From: Nemertoderma westbladi
Taxonomy: Eukaryota > Animalia > Xenacoelomorpha
Assembly: GCA_032718475.1 (NCBI GenBank)
Contig: JAUCBJ010001520.1
Coordinates: 1-64,000 of the forward strand
DNA length: 64,000 nucleotides
Reading direction: 5' to 3'
The notes under the pieces were generated by a model. It was not told the DNA's origin. It did not search any database and saw only the letters and a list, made by a program, of their open reading frames with translations. Shown here piece by piece: positions 61,395 through 64,000 of this stretch. Both the position numbers and the translations under genes were made by a program. The stretch's first letter is position 1; every line of letters starts with the position of its first letter.

Positions 61395-62746
61395 AAATAC
61401 ATATTATAAATGAAACACATATTATAAAAGAAATGCATATTATAAAAGAAATACATATTATAAAAGAAATACATATTATAAAAGAAATACATATTATAAA
61501 AGAAATACATATTATAAAAGAAATACATATTATAAAAGAAATACATATTATAAAAGAAATACATATTATAAAAGAAATACATATTATAAAAGAAATGCAT
61601 ATTATAAAAGAAATACATATTATAAAAGAAATACATATTATAAAAGAAATACATATTATAAAAGAAATACATATTATAAAAGAAATACATATTATAAAAG
61701 AAATACATATTATAAAAGAAATACATATTATAAAAGAAATACATATTATAAAAGAAATACATATTATAAAATAAATACATATTATAAAAGAAATACATAT
61801 TATAAAAGAAATACATATTATAAAAGAAATACATATTATAAAAGAAATACATTAAAGAAATACATATTATAAAAGAAATGCATATTATAAAAGAAATACA
61901 TATTATAAAAGAAATACATATTATAAAAGAAATACATAATATAAAAGAAATACATATTATAAAAGAAATACATATTATAAAAGAAATACATATTATAAAA
62001 GAAATACATATTATAAAAGAAATACATATTATAAAAGAAATACATTAAAGAAATACATATTATAAAAGAAATACATATTATAAAAGAAATACATATTATA
62101 AAAGAAATACATATTATAAAAGAAATACATATTATAAAATAAATACATATTATAAAAGAAATACATATTATAAAAGAAATACATTAAAGAAATACATATT
62201 ATAAAAGAAATGCATATTATAAAAGAAATACATATTATAAAAGAAATACATATTATAAAAGAAATACATATTATAAAAGAAATACAAATTATAAAAGAAA
62301 TACATATTATAAAAGAAATACATATTATAAAAGAAATACATATTATAAAAGAAATACATATTATAAAAGAAATACATATTATAAAAGAAATACATATTAT
62401 AAAAGAAATACATATTATAAAAGAAATACATATTATAAAAGAAATACATATTATAAAAGAAATACATATTATAAAAGAAATACATATTATAAAAGAAATA
62501 CATATTATAAAATAAATACATTAAAGAAATACATATTACAAAAGAAATACATATTATAAAAGAAATACATATTATAAAAGAAATACATATTATAAAAGAA
62601 ATACATTAAAGATATACATATTATAAAATAATACATATTATAAAATAATACATATTATAAAATAATACATATTATAAAATAATACATATTATAAAATAAT
62701 ACATATTATAAAATAATACATATTATAAAATAATACATATTATAAA
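61395..62746. repeat. 18-bp minisatellite CATATTATAAAAGAAATA (~75 units), switching to a 17-bp variant at the right end
   Basis: Direct reading. Recurrent variant units (TGCAT, AAATAAAT, short CATTAAAG) form higher-order blocks. Confidence 0.97.
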
Positions 62747-62975
62747 CTACAATATTCTACATTCATTTAATTTAACCATAATATTATTGAATTTTTTTCG
62801 CACCTCATGATATTTTCACGAATTTTGATGTAACTACGGTTCTGATGGATCAAAATAAGACAAATTTTAACATTCCTAGAGCATACTGATTTGTTTATCT
62901 TTTGAGATGAGGTTGATTTTCGGCCACAAAAAGTTGAAATAAGGGCCGAAATGTTTAAATTTACTCGCACCTTAA

Positions 62976-64000
62976 CCCTATTACCACTGGGGTGTTTTGA
63001 CCATTAGCACCACTGGGGGGGGGGGCCGATTCGGCCCACCCACTATATTTTTGTAGTCGTCCAATGAAATCCTACAAAATTTGGGCTGTTGGTGAGACAA
63101 CTATAGATGAACACTACCAAACCTTAAAAAGTTAAAATTTCATAAGCAGGGACTCATAATTTTGATGAAAAATAAAAGTAGTCCCAGGACAAAATTACAA
63201 AATTTTTCGTTTTCTAAAAACTAATAGTGTGGCAGTGCTGGCTAGATTTAGTAGGTTTTTCAAGACGCTGAATCGAATGTGATTATATTCCACTTCCAAA
63301 AATTGAAGTGGATGCTATTTTTCGTGCACCTAAGAAGTGGGCGTGGCACTTCAAATTTTGAAAAATTCGATATTCAGAAAATGCCCCTAATTTTTTTATT
63401 TCAACGCATCTTTATGGGTTTTCTGGGCCGCTGAATCGATTGAAAGTAATATAGAAGCCTGAAGACTGAGTGGTTCGCCATTTTTGGTACACCAAAATTA
63501 GGGCGTGGCACTTCAAATTTTGAAAAATACAAGATTCGAAAAACAAACCAAATTTGAAATTTTAACGCATTTATATAGGTTTTCCAGACCGCTGAATCGA
63601 TTGAAAGTAATATAGAAGCCTGAAGACTTAGAAGTTAGCCATTTTTTGAAATCAAAACTTTAGTGTTTTTTCCGAATAAAGTAATTTTGAAAATTTGAAG
63701 TGCCACGCCCTAATTTTGGTGCACCGAAAATTTCGTACACAAAGGATTTGAGGCTTCTATATTACTTTCAATCGATTCAGCGCTCCAGAAAACCTATAAA
63801 ATTAATTTGAAATCAAAACTTTAGTGAATTTTCCGAATCTCTTATTTTTCAAAATTTGAAGTGCCACGCCCTAATTTTGGTGCACCAAAAATGGCGAACC
63901 ACTAAGTCTTCAGGCTTCTATATTACTTTCAATCGATTCAGCGCTCCAGAAAACCTATAAAAATGCTTTGCAAATCAAAACTTTAGTGTATTTTCAGAAT
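62976..64000. mobile_element. Start of another TTAA-CCC non-autonomous DNA element with internal fold-back repeats (runs off window)
   Basis: TTAA|CCCTATTA start identical to the element at 22004, followed by a G-run. ~160-bp internal units occur direct (63270-63650) then inverted (63660-64000). Confidence 0.65.

Noticed and set aside
61355-62521. ORFs of (MYFFYN)n / (HIIKEI)n
   Set aside because: Translation artefacts of an 18-bp minisatellite.
62767-62975. Kolobok-like element end (…CGCACC-TTAA)
   Set aside because: No matching left terminus found in the window, so it cannot be supported.

Overview
AT-rich eukaryotic (invertebrate-like) genomic DNA, not prokaryotic. The only host genes I can support are three tandem, minus-strand, four-exon paralogues encoding secreted CAP/SCP/PR-1/antigen-5 superfamily proteins (3973-12085, 32694-37699, 51543-57210). 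The ORF track shows only exon fragments of these; I assembled them by hand from GT-AG splice sites and all three read open (199, 193 and 191 aa). Each lies in a duplicated block, and the blocks are separated and invaded by nested transposons. These include a Merlin-like MITE, an intact Crypton-type tyrosine recombinase ORF with related non-autonomous hairpin elements, a Ngaro/DIRS-type relic, several RTE, CR1-group, CRE-like and Proto2/RTE-X-like LINEs, a PGBD2/3-like piggyBac, TTAA MITEs, an internally deleted BEL/Pao LTR element, a tRNA-derived SINE, a Helentron-type element and two minisatellites. I did not find a clearly new biological system. The best leads are (i) clustered amino-acid divergence among the CAP paralogues, (ii) an inverted pair of minimal hammerhead-ribozyme-like motifs in intron 3 of two paralogues, and (iii) the intact Crypton recombinase with a variant catalytic motif and its satellite elements. 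Family names come from motif recognition by eye, not from database searches.
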